DNA of 63,970 nucleotides, filler included, from Octopus bimaculoides (GCF_001194135.2; 7 parts of 6 records of this genome joined end to end with filler, not necessarily neighbours in it); one strand, 5' to 3'. Positions 1 through 10,799 are shown, counted from the whole stretch's first letter. Notes: a model not told the origin generated them from the sequence alone. Made by a program: numbers and translations.

Positions 1-135
1 AGGAAGGGCATCCAGCTGTAGAAACTCTGCCAAATCAGACTGGAGCCTGGTGTTGCCATCCGGTTTCACCAGTCCTCAGTCAAATCGTCCAACCCATGCT
101 AGCATGGAAAGCGGACGTTAAACGATGATGATGAT
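1..135 (+). mobile_element. SINE family B, 3' end with (GAT)n tail
   Basis: aggaagggcatccagctgtagaaactctgcc...gcggacgttaaacgatgatgatgat. The same sequence recurs inverted at 6504-6735 and 9845-10090, and as tails at 6257-6305 and 14962-15008. Confidence 0.8.
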
Positions 136-346
136 ATGTGTGTGTGTGTGTTTGTCACCCCAACATCACTTGACAACCGACGCTGGTGTGTTTACGTCCC
201 CGTAACTTAGCGGTTCGGCAAAAAGAGACCGATAGAATAAGTACTAGGCTGACAAAGAATAAGTCCTGGGGTCGATTAGCTCGACTAAAGGTGGTGCTCC
301 AGCATGGCCACAGTCAAATGACTGAATCAAGTAAAAGAGTAAAGAG
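136..346 (+). mobile_element. SINE family A, 3' half
   Basis: (TG)n then ccccgtaacttagcggttcggcaaaagagaccgatagaataagtactagg...gtaaaagag, near-identical to 2300-2489 and 6020-6227. Confidence 0.85.
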
Positions 347-719
347 AGACAGAAAATTGGGATCCAACAGGAACAACAATAAAATTATAAAAAACAAAAG
401 TTATAAAGTTATCAACAAAATAAAAAAAAATTATGCACTTTTAACACACAGTGAAACATGATAAACAAAAATAAAAGTGTATTTTGAAAAGAATTGTTGG
501 GGCTTCTCTGAGATAGTTAATTCTGGGTCACCATGTATGTATATACGTATGTATACAAGCACACACTCACACAAACAGCTCATATCTTTTATTTATATCA
601 CACATCACTCCCTTATCTTCCACATCCTCTTCTCTATCATTTCAACAACTCTTGACCTTTGCCTCATGGTTAAATATTTCCATTTCATTTCCTGTTACGT
701 TCATTCATTCTTTTCACAG

Positions 720-932
720 GAGAACTTTGTTGAAGTAATGGAGAACCAGGAGTTCTTGAAGCTGGCCCCTGACGATGTGGGCAAGCTACTGTCTAGCGAA
801 GACCTCAATGTACCGAGTGAAGAGACCATATTCCAGGCCCTAAAGGCCTGGGCTAAACACGACCTCACCAACAGGAAGAGGCATTTGTCCAAATTACTGT
901 CTCATATAAAACTGCCCCTCATGGCACCACAG
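720..932 (+). CDS. KLHL5: Kelch-like protein (KLHL1/4/5 group), BACK-domain exon (first exon in window; BTB exons lie upstream)
   Basis: ttttcacAG acceptor at 718-719 and GTAAGC donor at 933. 213 nt, phase 0/0, encodes ENFVEVMENQEFLKLAPDDVGKLLSSEDLNVPSEETIFQALKAWAKHDLTNRKRHLSKLLSHIKLPLMAPQ, a typical BACK domain. The symbol marks the closest vertebrate paralogue group; exact orthology not tested. Confidence 0.93.
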
Positions 933-1029
933 GTAAGCACCATTTTGTTTATGGGTGGTGGGGGTTAGATTGGGAGTGGGAGTGGGTCTTTGTTGTACTG
1001 CTCATCTCATCCCACCAAGTAAGTCTTGG

Positions 1030-1490
1030 CCCAACAGACATAGTGCATCTAGGACTACATTATCCAATGTGTTCATCCCTCGTTGCTGCTGTTTAACCTT
1101 AAGACCATCCTGTCTTTTATTCAGGCGTTGTGTATCTAGGACTACATTATCTAATGTGTTCATCCCTTGTTGATAATGTAGTCTTAGATACACTATGTGT
1201 AAATATAACCGGGAGGTCATGGTTGGCATACTTTTCATCATGTGTACTTTGTAGTTGTTGCTGTTGTTTAACCTTAAGTAGGTCCAAATCCAGAAGACTT
1301 ATGATCAGAGATACTCCAGTTGTGACCATCCTGTCTTTTATTCAGGCATTGTGTATCTAGGACTACATTATTTAAAGTATCTTTCTTTTAGCCCCAGGTC
1401 AGATCAGATTAAACAGACCTATAATCAAAGATGTTCCAGTTGTGACCACCCTGTCTTTAAATCAGACATAGTGTATCTAGGGATACATGA
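1030..1490 (-). repeat. Cluster of truncated SINE-tail fragments (family F), 4 direct copies plus 1 inverted
   Basis: The motif gtg(t/c)atctaggactacattat occurs near 1042, 1130, 1350 and 1470, and inverted at 1172. The adjacent tail (gggatggtcac...gacctgggg.taaacaacagcaac) has relatives at 6780-6895 and 59820-60010. Confidence 0.6.
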
Positions 1491-1574
1491 ATGGTCCATA
1501 ACCACGGTCCATATGACCCATGGTTTATATAAAATATTTCTTGTTAAAATTCATCTTTGATAAATCAGTTACAA

Positions 1575-1967
1575 CTCTCTTTACTCTTTTACTCTTTTAC
1601 TTGTTTCAGTCATTTGACTGCGGCCATGCTGGAGCACCGCCTTTTAGTCGAGCAAATCGACTCCAGGACTTATTCTTTGGAAGTCTAGTACTTATTCTAT
1701 CAGTCCCTTTTTGCTGAATCTCTAAGTTACGGGGACGTAAACACACCAGTATCGGTTGTCAAGCGATGTTGGAGGACAAACACAGACACAAACATATACA
1801 CACACACACATATATATATACATATATACGACGAGCTTCTTTCAGTTTCCGTCTATCAAATCCACTCACAAGGCTTTGGTTGGCCCGAGGCTATAGTAGA
1901 AGACACTTGCCCAAGGTGCCATGTGGTTGGTAAGCAAGCTACTTACCACACGGCCACTCCTGCGCCT
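1575..1967 (-). mobile_element. tRNA-derived SINE family A, near full length
   Basis: Reverse complement of the element at 2091-2489, with an internal (CA/TA)n tract and head aggcgcaggagtggccgtgtggtaag. Confidence 0.9.
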
Positions 1968-2090
1968 ACAAAATATTTTTTTATTCAATTCCTAAAAATA
2001 TTTAATTCTGAAAATATATGAGGTTTTAAACATCAAATAGTTACGAGGGTCTGGTAAAGTAAGATGGGAATCAAATATACATTTGTATGT

Positions 2091-2246
2091 GAGTGGCTGT
2101 GTGGTAAGTAGCTTGCTTACCAACCACATGGTTCTGGGTTCAGTCCCACTGCGTGGCACCTTGGGCAAGTGTCTTCTACTATAGCCTCAGGCCGACCAAA
2201 GCCTTGTGAGTGGATTTGGTAGACGGAAACTGAAAGAAACCCATCG

Positions 2247-2287
<41 letters not shown>

Positions 2288-2489
2288 TTGTTTGTCTGTG
2301 TTTGTCCCCACCAACATCACTTGATAACCAATGCTGGTGTGTTTATGTCCCCGTAACTTAGCGGTTCGGCAAAAGAGACCAATAGAATAAGTACTAGGCT
2401 TACAAAGAATAAGTCCTGGGGTCGATCGCTCTACTAAAGGTGGTGCTCCAGCATGGCCGCAGTCAAATGACTGAAACAAGTAAAAGAGT
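2091..2489 (+). mobile_element. tRNA-derived SINE family A, near full length
   Basis: A-box-like gagTGGCTGTGTGGtaag and B-box-like GGGTTCAGTCCC, then accttgggcaagtgtctt (CORE-like start), an internal TA/TG microsatellite and a gtaaaagag tail. Confidence 0.9.
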
Positions 2490-2945
2490 ATATATATATA
2501 TGTGTGTATATATATTCTATTATAAATTTGAGTTGTGTTTCTCTATTACGTTTTTACGTTCATTAACTTCTCCTAGACCGTTGGTGCAAGGACGACACTA
2601 ATGCCAGGGAATGTCCTAAGGGGGTCTAATTTTTTAAGGGCCACCTAATTGGGGCCCCTACTGGCCCTGCTCATTTCTACTGCATTTTAAACTAAATACA
2701 TTGCATTGGCGACCAAATCAGAGCAATGACAATGAATTTCATACTATGACCTCTATTTTCACTGCATTTACTTTCTCCTATGCTTATTGATTAAACTATG
2801 ATCAGCATCAGTGTTTAGTGCATTTGCAGAAATAAGTTTGGGCATTTTAAATACCCCCACACACATTCAATTGAGATAAAGAGTTGTAACAGGTATGTTT
2901 CAAGTGTGGATATTTATATTTTGTAGTTTATGAAACTTATGTCTA

Positions 2946-2985
<40 letters not shown>

Positions 2986-3456
2986 NNNNNNNNNNNNNNN
3001 NNNNNNNNNNNNNNNNNNNNNNNNNNNNNNNNNNNNNNNNNNNNNNNNNNNNNNNNNNNNNNNNNNNNNNNNNNNNNNNNNNNNNNNNNNNNNNNNNNNN
3101 NNNNNNNNNNNNNNNNNNNNNNNNNNNNNNNNNNNNNNNNNNNNNNNNNNNNNNNNNNNNNNNNNNNNNNNNNNNNNNNNNNNNNNNNNNNNNNNNNNNN
3201 NNNNNNNNNNNNNNNNNNNNNNNNNNNNNNNNNNNNNNNNNNNNNNNNNNNNNNNNNNNNNNNNNNNNNNNNNNNNNNNNNNNNNNNNNNNNNNNNNNNN
3301 NNNNNNNNNNNNNNNNNNNNNNNNNNNNNNNNNNNNNNNNNNNNNNNNNNNNNNNNNNNNNNNNNNNNNNNNNNNNNNNNNNNNNNNNNNNNNNNNNNNN
3401 NNNNNNNNNNNNNNNNNNNNNNNNNNNNNNNNNNNNNNNNNNNNNNNNNNNNNNNN

Positions 3457-3497
<41 letters not shown>

Positions 3498-3537
3498 AAC
3501 ACACACATACAAACATACATATGCATCTATGTATGGA

Positions 3538-3568
<31 letters not shown>

Positions 3569-3908
3569 CAGATGTCTGTGTGTGTTTATGTGTATATATA
3601 GATATGTATGTACACACACACAAAACAAAAATACAGCAGGCTTCTTTTAAATTCTACCAAATTCTACTCACTTGGCTTTGGTTGGCCCTGGGCCATAGTA
3701 GAAGCCCCCAGGCCTACATACAGTATGGTATTACAGATTCAAAGAACCATTAGTTTAATAGATCAAACAACTTAACGCTGATCAATGAATAGATATCAAT
3801 TGATTTCCTTCACTTGTATAATCTCTCTAAACAATTTGATTTTTTCTTTTTGTTGTTGTTGTTGTTGTTGTCCAACCAAGATGTGAACCTTTCTGTTTTT
3901 TGTTGCAG

Positions 3909-4098
3909 TTCATAGCCGACCACGTGCGGACAGACCCAATATTCTGGGATGACAAGGAATGCCAGGATCTCATAATGGAAGCCCTCATGTACCACGTGTT
4001 ACCCGAGAGGAGGTCGTCGTTCCAGAGTCAACGGACGAAACCTCGCAAATCGACAGTCGGAGTTCTTTATGCCGTCGGAGCAATGGATAATGCAAAAG
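3909..4098 (+). CDS. KLHL5: Kelch-like protein exon: end of BACK, linker and start of kelch 1
   Basis: Pyrimidine tract plus ttgcAG at 3907-3908, donor GT at 4099, phase 0/1. Encodes [63 protein letters not shown](G); the [10 protein letters not shown] motif is typical of KLHL1/4/5. Confidence 0.93.
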
Positions 4099-4211
4099 GT
4101 TGGTGTTTGGGGGGATAAAAGGGTTGGTGGCAATCCTTTTGTGGTGGTGGTGGTGTCTTATATATAACTGATACTGTTTCAGTTATGACGGCAGAACAGT
4201 CTGCTCTTGAA

Positions 4212-4452
4212 ATTAAGTGGCTGAGTACTCCACAGACACGTGTACCCATAATGTAATTCTCAAGGAGATTCAGCATGACACTGAGTGTGACAAGGCTGGC
4301 CCTTTGAAATACAGGTACAATTCATTTTTGCCAACTGAGTGGACTGGAGCAATATGAAATAAAGTGTCTTGCTCAAGGACACATGTCACCGGGAATGGAA
4401 CTCACGATCTTATGATTGTGAGCCTGTTACACTAACCACTAAGCTGCATGCC
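4212..4452 (-). mobile_element. Diverged tRNA-SINE (family D) sharing the 3' tail of family C
   Basis: Head remnant at 4390-4452 and body gagtggactggagcaa...gtgtcttgctcaagg. The tail aagtggctgagtactccacagacacgtgtaccc...gtgtgacaaggctggccctttgaaatacaggtac is shared with 43550-43655. Confidence 0.7.
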
Positions 4453-4677
4453 TTCATGTTACACACACCACACACAGACACATGCACACACACACTTACA
4501 CATGCTGACACACAGTTTGACATACACACACGCACAATCACAGACAGACAGACGCAGACAAACAAACTCTCACACAGACAGACAGACACGCATGCACGCA
4601 CACAGACAGACAGACACACGCAAACACTCACTCACTCACAAAACAGATACATGCACATATTGTATATACATACATCA

Positions 4678-4719
<42 letters not shown>

Positions 4720-5373
4720 NNNNNNNNNNNNNNNNNNNNNNNNNNNNNNNNNNNNNNNNNNNNNNNNNNNNNNNNNNNNNNNNNNNNNNNNNNNNNNNNN
4801 NNNNNNNNNNNNNNNNNNNNNNNNNNNNNNNNNNNNNNNNNNNNNNNNNNNNNNNNNNNNNNNNNNNNNNNNNNNNNNNNNNNNNNNNNNNNNNNNNNNN
4901 NNNNNNNNNNNNNNNNNNNNNNNNNNNNNNNNNNNNNNNNNNNNNNNNNNNNNNNNNNNNNNNNNNNNNNNNNNNNNNNNNNNNNNNNNNNNNNNNNNNN
5001 NNNNNNNNNNNNNNNNNNNNNNNNNNNNNNNNNNNNNNNNNNNNNNNNNNNNNNNNNNNNNNNNNNNNNNNNNNNNNNNNNNNNNNNNNNNNNNNNNNNN
5101 NNNNNNNNNNNNNNNNNNNNNNNNNNNNNNNNNNNNNNNNNNNNNNNNNNNNNNNNNNNNNNNNNNNNNNNNNNNNNNNNNNNNNNNNNNNNNNNNNNNN
5201 NNNNNNNNNNNNNNNNNNNNNNNNNNNNNNNNNNNNNNNNNNNNNNNNNNNNNNNNNNNNNNNNNNNNNNNNNNNTTTTTTTTTTTTTTTTGTTTCATTG
5301 TCTCAAAATGAATGCCTTTTATTCACCATATCTCATTTCTCTTCTCTATTGACCGATGTCCATTTCATTTCAG

Positions 5374-5598
5374 GTGCCACAACGATTGAAAGATATGACC
5401 TCCGCACTAACACGTGGACCCAAGTTGCTAACATGAACGGACGACGGCTCCAGTTTGGCGTCGCTGTCCTTGATGGTCGTTTGTATGTGGTCGGCGGCCG
5501 GGACGGTCTGAAGACCCTCAACACTGTTGAATGTTACGACCCGAAACGGAAAACCTGGAGTTCCATGCCTCCCATGTCAACACATCGACATGGCTTAG
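5374..5598 (+). CDS. KLHL5: Kelch-like protein exon: kelch repeats 1-2
   Basis: tttcAG at 5372-5373, donor GTGAG at 5599, phase 1/1. Encodes [74 protein letters not shown]. Confidence 0.95.
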
Positions 5599-5850
5599 GT
5601 GAGCATCACCTTCACTCTCTCTCTCTCTCCTGTCATCATTATATCAAATATCCACTTTTCCATGCTGGCATGGATCAGAAGGAATTTGTTGAGGCAGATT
5701 TTTTTTATGGCTGGATGCCTTTCCTGTCACCAACCTTTAATGCTATTCATGCCCAGGCATGTTTTTTATGGAAGACTGGAAAGGAACAACCCCGCTTGTT
5801 TGATGGTGATGCTCATTTACATCCATCATGTTAAAGACAAATGTGCATAT

Positions 5851-6227
5851 AGGTGCAGGAGTGGCTGTGTGACCACATGGTTCCGGGTTCAGTACCACTG
5901 CATGGCACCTTGGGCAAGTGTCTTCTACTATAGCCTCGGGCTGACCAAAGCCTTGTGAGTGGATTTGGTAGACGAGAACTGAAAGAAGCCCGTCGTATAT
6001 ATGTATATATATATGTGTTTGTGTGTCTGTGTTTGTCCCCCCAACATCGCTTGACAACCGATGCTGGTGTGTTTACGCCCCCGTAACTTAGCGGTTCGGC
6101 AAAAGAGACCGATAGAATAAGTACTAGGCTTCCAAAGAATAACTCCTGGGGTCGATTTGCTCGACTAAAGGCGGTGATCCAGCATGGCCACAGTCACATG
6201 ACTGAAACAGGTAAAAGAGTAAAAGAG
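5851..6227 (+). mobile_element. tRNA-derived SINE family A with a short deletion in the head
   Basis: Colinear with 2091-2489 but lacking gtaagtagcttgctt in the head. Confidence 0.88.
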
Positions 6228-6307
6228 TATTCACGTACATATTCACACATACAAATATATGAATCATGCCAGCATGGAAAGCAAATGTTAAACGACGATG
6301 ATGATAT

Positions 6308-6461
6308 TGTGTAGTAAAAAGCTGGCTTCTTAATGACATGCTTCTGAGTTCAGTCCCACTGCGTGGCACCTTGGGCAAGTGTTTTCTATAGCCTTGGACC
6401 GAGCAAAGCCCTCTGAATTGATTTGGTAGATGGAAACTCAAAGAAGCACATCATGTGCATC

Positions 6462-6500
<39 letters not shown>
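6308..6500 (+). mobile_element. Diverged family A SINE, 5' half
   Basis: gagttcagtcccactgcgtggcaccttgggcaagtg...gatttggtagatggaaact followed by a TA tract. Confidence 0.7.
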
Positions 6501-6503
<3 letters not shown>

Positions 6504-6504
<1 letters not shown>

Positions 6505-6735
6505 GATCGTCGTCGTTTAACGTCCGCTTTTCATGCTTGCATGGGTTGGACGATTTGACTGAGGACTGGTGAAACCAGATGGCTGCACCAGGCTCCAATC
6601 TGATTTGGCAGAGTTTCTACAGCTGGATGCCCTTCCTAATGCCAACCACTCAGAGAGTGTAGTGGGTGCTTTTACGTGTCACCCGCACGAAGGCCAGTCA
6701 GGCGGTACTGGCAACGGCCACGCTCAAAATGGTGT
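6504..6735 (-). mobile_element. SINE family B, 3' portion
   Basis: Reverse complement of 1-135, extended by gccaaccactcagagagtgtagtgggtgcttttacgtg. Confidence 0.85.
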
Positions 6736-6965
6736 TATAGATAGATTATAAGATATGTTGGGTCTCTATAGGGTTACTTAACTAGAAATAGCAGCCAAAT
6801 CTCCCGATCCTTTTAAACAGGGAAAAGACACAAATGGGATGGTCACCACTGGAATGGATCGGAATTGACCTGGGGTTAAATAACAGCAACAGCCACCACT
6901 ATCAAATCTAACATTTTATTCCCTTGTTTATCTGTGTATTAAATTTCTGTTTCTTTGTCTTGTAG

Positions 6966-7128
6966 GAGTTGGGGTTCTTGAAGGGCCAATGTATGCAGTT
7001 GGAGGGCATGATGGCTGGTCGTATTTAAACACAGTCGAAAGGTGGGATCCTCAAGCGCGCCAGTGGAGTTATGTTGCCCCCATGTCAACTCCACGGAGTA
7101 CTGTAGGAGTAGCTGTTCTTGGAGGAAA
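6966..7128 (+). CDS. KLHL5: Kelch-like protein exon: kelch repeat 3 (not in the ORF track; translated by hand)
   Basis: cttgtAG at 6964-6965, donor GTAAGT at 7129, phase 1/2. Encodes (G)[53 protein letters not shown](K). Confidence 0.95.
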
Positions 7129-8111
7129 GTAAGTTGTTTCCCTTCATTTGTCACTCTTTAGCTTTCTTTCACACGCTCTCTCTCTCTTTCTCATTTTTAG
7201 TACTTTCTCTCTCTCATCTTCCACAATTTTTCTCTCGTATCTCTCTCTTTCGCTGTCTCTTATTGTCATTCTTTTACATCTTAACCCTCTCTTTCATTAT
7301 CTCCTCTCCTTTAACATGTCTATCCTTTCCATCTCCTCCTCCCATTCTGATATCTCTCTCTTTTCCACATTCTCCTCTCCACACTATTCTTTCCATCTCC
7401 CCTTCTCTTACAGCCAATTTAGTGTATCTTAAAGCATGAAACTATCAGTAGATCTTCAGTAATTCTGTATATTAAACAATATTAATCTATCCCTAAATGG
7501 AGTAGTTTTTTTTTTTTAAGTTGATTCTTCCTGTAATGGAACCGTAAACTATTTATTTATATATGTATATGTATATATATATATCTATTTTNNNNNNNNN
7601 NNNNNNNNNNNNNNNNNNNNNNNNNNNNNNNNNNNNNNNNNNNNNNNNNNNNNNNNNNNNNNNNNNNNNNNNNNNNNNNNNNNNNNNNNNNNNNNNNNNN
7701 NNNNNNNNNNNNNNNNNNNNNNNNNNNNNNNNNNNNNNNNNNNNNNNNNNNNNNNNNNNNNNNNNNNNNNNNNNNNNNNNNNNNNNNNNNNNNNNNNNNN
7801 NNNNNNNNNNNNNNNNNNNNNNNNNNNNNNNNNNNNNNNNNNNNNNNNNNNNNNNNNNNNNNNNNNNNNNNNNNNNNNNNNNNNNNNNNNNNNNNNNNNN
7901 NNNNNNNNNNNNNNNNNNNNNNNNNNNNNNNNNNAAACAGCTTGAGAACACAGTTTGCTTTGAATATTCTTGACAAAATTTGGGATTTTAAAAGTTATTT
8001 CATGTTAAAGTTGTCGTATTTGGGTAATTTCAACCGATCAACCGAAATGTTCAAAGCAAAAAATTAATTAAAAAATCTGTGAGCCAAACTGAACAGATCC
8101 CCCTATTTTAA

Positions 8112-8333
8112 CCCTTTAGCGTTTAAACCGGCCATATCCGGCCAAAAGTATTCTGCCTGTTCTATGTTCAAACTGGCCAGATCTGGTCTCTCACACCAAC
8201 CCTACAATATCGTTTTAAAAATTAACAGCTACCTCATCAAAATCTCATAGCTACGAGATAATGCATGATTAGTTCAAAATAATGTGGATAAAAAAAGCAT
8301 TAATTATGGCAGAATAAGGTGAACACTAAACGG
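8112..8333. mobile_element. piggyBac-type MITE
   Basis: TTAA at 8108-8111, then CCCTTTAGCG ... CACTAAACGG, then TTAA at 8334-8337. The imperfect TIRs and TTAA duplication are typical of the piggyBac superfamily; no ORF. Confidence 0.65.
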
Positions 8334-8732
8334 TTAAGCAATACATAATAATGGTTTTTGCCAAGATCTTGCAATCGAGGCTGGAAGAGTTATTTCCCTT
8401 GAACGATCTAATGTCCAGCGGCAAATTTCCTTGCTTTCCAGCCTGTGTCCCTACTTCAGTTTTTCAACGATGGGTACCAAACTTGCATAAGCTGACGATG
8501 TACCATGATCATAGATACACAGACCTAGAAGGCATAGGTATGAAAGCTTACAGTCAGGACTCTTCATAAATTTAGTCCTCCATTCCCGACGACATTGATG
8601 TCTGCCACTTTTATTGTCACATGTGGTTTGGCTATATCAATGTTTCTCACAAGGCTGGGTAGTCGAAACGAAAACCTCCGACTCTCCTATGTAACCATTG
8701 AACTATATGCCTTCACAATATATACCATATAC

Positions 8733-8974
8733 AGGCGGCGTGCTGGCAGAAACGTTAGCACGCCGGGCGAAATGCTTAGCGGTATTTCGTCTGCCGTTAC
8801 GTTCCAAGTTCAAATTCCGCCACGGTCGACTTTGCCTTTCATTCTTTGGGGGTCGATAAATTAAGTACCAGCTACGCACTGGGATCGATGTAGTCGACTT
8901 AATCCCTTTGTCTGTCCTTGTTTGTCCCCTCTATGTTTAGCCCCTTGTGGGCAATAAAGAAATAAATATATAAC
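8733..8974 (+). mobile_element. tRNA-SINE family E; identical copy at 9039-9281
   Basis: Head ggcggcgtgctggcagaaacgttagc and B-box-like aagttcaaattcc. The central gtcgactttgcctttcattctttgggggtcgataaattaagtaccag resembles the Meta/MESC SINE domain (from memory). Confidence 0.85.
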
Positions 8975-9038
8975 NNNNNNNNNNNNNNNNNNNNNNNNNN
9001 NNNNNNNNNNNNNNNNNNNNNNNNNNNNNNNNNNNNNN

Positions 9039-9281
9039 ACAGGCGGCGTGCTGGCAGAAACGTTAGCACGCCGGGCGAAATGCTTAGCGGTATTTCGTCT
9101 GCCGTTACGTTCCAAGTTCAAATTCCGCCACGGTCGACTTTGCCTTTCATTCTTTGGGGGTCGATAAATTAAGTACCAGCTACGCACTGGGATCGATGTA
9201 GTCGACTTAATCCCTTTGTCTGTCCTTGTTTGTCCCCTCTATGTTTAGCCCCTTGTGGGCAATAAAGAAATAAATATATAA
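9039..9281 (+). mobile_element. tRNA-SINE family E, duplicate across a 64-N gap (probable assembly overlap)
   Basis: By eye identical to 8733-8974, including every private variant and the trailing aaatatataac. Confidence 0.75.
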
Positions 9282-9348
9282 CATATACATACATTTATAC
9301 ACAGCAATGTAATACTGTACTCTGTTTCTTTCTCTACCCGCTCAACAG

Positions 9349-9520
9349 GTATGACCCCAAAACAGACCAGTGGACTATGATTGCTGCTATGAGTACCCCT
9401 CGGGATGCAGTAGGAGTGTGTCTACTCGGAGACAGACTGTATGCCGTCGGCGGATATGACGGTCAACAGTATCTTCATGATGTTGAGTGTTATGACCCAG
9501 TGACCAACGAATGGAGCAAG
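9349..9520 (+). CDS. KLHL5: Kelch-like protein exon: end of kelch 5 and most of kelch 6
   Basis: ctcaacAG at 9347-9348, donor GTAAGT at 9521, phase 2/0. Encodes [57 protein letters not shown]. Confidence 0.95.
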
Positions 9521-9650
9521 GTAAGTGATGGTGAGCGGTCGGTGGGAGCACTGCATCCGTGCAGTGCGTGTGTATATCTGACTGGCTGTAGGTATATGTA
9601 CCCAGGCCATTGTAGATGTGTATGCTATGCATACATAGGTGTTTATAAGT

Positions 9651-9694
<44 letters not shown>

Positions 9695-9844
9695 ATCGGT
9701 AGCTGTAGATATGTGTATGTATACCTGGATGGTTGTATGCACCTTGGTATCAAGTGTGTGTGTGTAGACATGACTAAATATAGGTATGTTTGTGTGTACT
9801 GCAATGACTGTTGGTGTGTGTGTGGGTGTACTTATGCATGCGTA

Positions 9845-10090
9845 TCATCATCATCGTTTAATGTCCTTTTTCCATGCTGGAATGGGTTGGACGGTTCGAC
9901 TGGGGTCTGGGAAGCCAAGCGGCTGCATCAGGCTCCAGTCTGATCTGGCGGTCTTTCTATACCTGGATGCTCTTCCTAACGCCAACCACTCCGAGTGTGT
10001 AGTGGGTGCTTTTTACGTGCCATTGGTACAGGGGCCAGAGGAGGCTGGCAACGACCACGATCGGTTGGTGCTTTTTACATGCCACCGGCA
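9845..10090 (-). mobile_element. SINE family B, 3' portion, inside an intronic (TG)n region
   Basis: catcatcatcgtttaatgtcc...ggatgctcttcctaacgccaaccactccgagtgtgtagtgggtgc, homologous to 6504-6735. Confidence 0.8.
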
Positions 10091-10120
10091 TGTATCTGTG
10101 TGTGTGTGTATACACATATA

Positions 10121-10298
10121 CACAAAGGGGTGCTGAAAAGTTCTTGCCTTTGGGTAAATACAAGACGATCAGTTAATTATGAAAATGTTCAACAAATTCC
10201 TGTCTCAGATTCAGACACATATTGCAGCAGTCCTTCAGTTTTTCTAAGCCCTGTAAAAGAACTGAGAAGGCTAGGCCTCCAACCAGGTCTTTTGCCGT
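10121..10298 (-). mobile_element. mariner-derived remnant: TIR plus transposase C-terminus
   Basis: End (ta)cacaaaggggtgctgaaaagttc. Minus-strand translation of ~10183-10262 gives LQGLEKLKDCCNMCLNLRQEFVE, matching the mariner C-terminal G+xKLxxRxxKC+xxxGxYVE motif. A related end tacgaggcggtgctgaaaagt is at 50209. Confidence 0.7.
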
Positions 10299-10325
10299 TC
10301 AGCCTCCAACCAGTAACTTTGCAGA

Positions 10326-10515
10326 TATGTGGGTATGTGTTAAGGAGCTTGCTTCTCAGCACATGTGTGGCACTTTGGGCAAGTGTTTTCTACTGTAGCT
10401 TTAGGCCATTCAAAACCTTGTGAATGGATTTGGTAGATGGAAACTGAAAGAAGACCATCGTGTGTGTGTGTTTGTCCCCCCTCCACGGCTTGACAGCTGA
10501 TGTTGGTGTGTTTAC
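10326..10515 (+). mobile_element. Diverged family A SINE running into a gap
   Basis: gtggcactttgggcaagtgttttctact...ggatttggtagatggaaactgaaagaag...tttgtcccc. Confidence 0.7.
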
Positions 10516-10799
10516 NNNNNNNNNNNNNNNNNNNNNNNNNNNNNNNNNNNNNNNNNNNNNNNNNNNNNNNNNNNNNNNNNNNNNNNNNNNNNNNNNNNNN
10601 NNNNNNNNNNNNNNNNNNNNNNNNNNNNNNNNNNNNNNNNNNNNNNNNNNNNNNNNNNNNNNNNNNNNNNNNNNNNNNNNNNNNNNNNNNNNNNNNNNNN
10701 NNNNNNNNNNNNNNNNNNNNNNNNNNNNNNNNNNNNNNNNNNNNNNNNNNNNNNNNNNNNNNNNNNNNNNNNNNNNNNNNNNNNNNNNNNNNNNNNNNN

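Noticed and set aside
8733-9281. Apparent tandem duplication of a family E SINE
   Set aside because: The copies look identical and each ends or starts exactly at a 64-N gap, which is typical of unmerged overlapping contig ends. Long reads would settle it.
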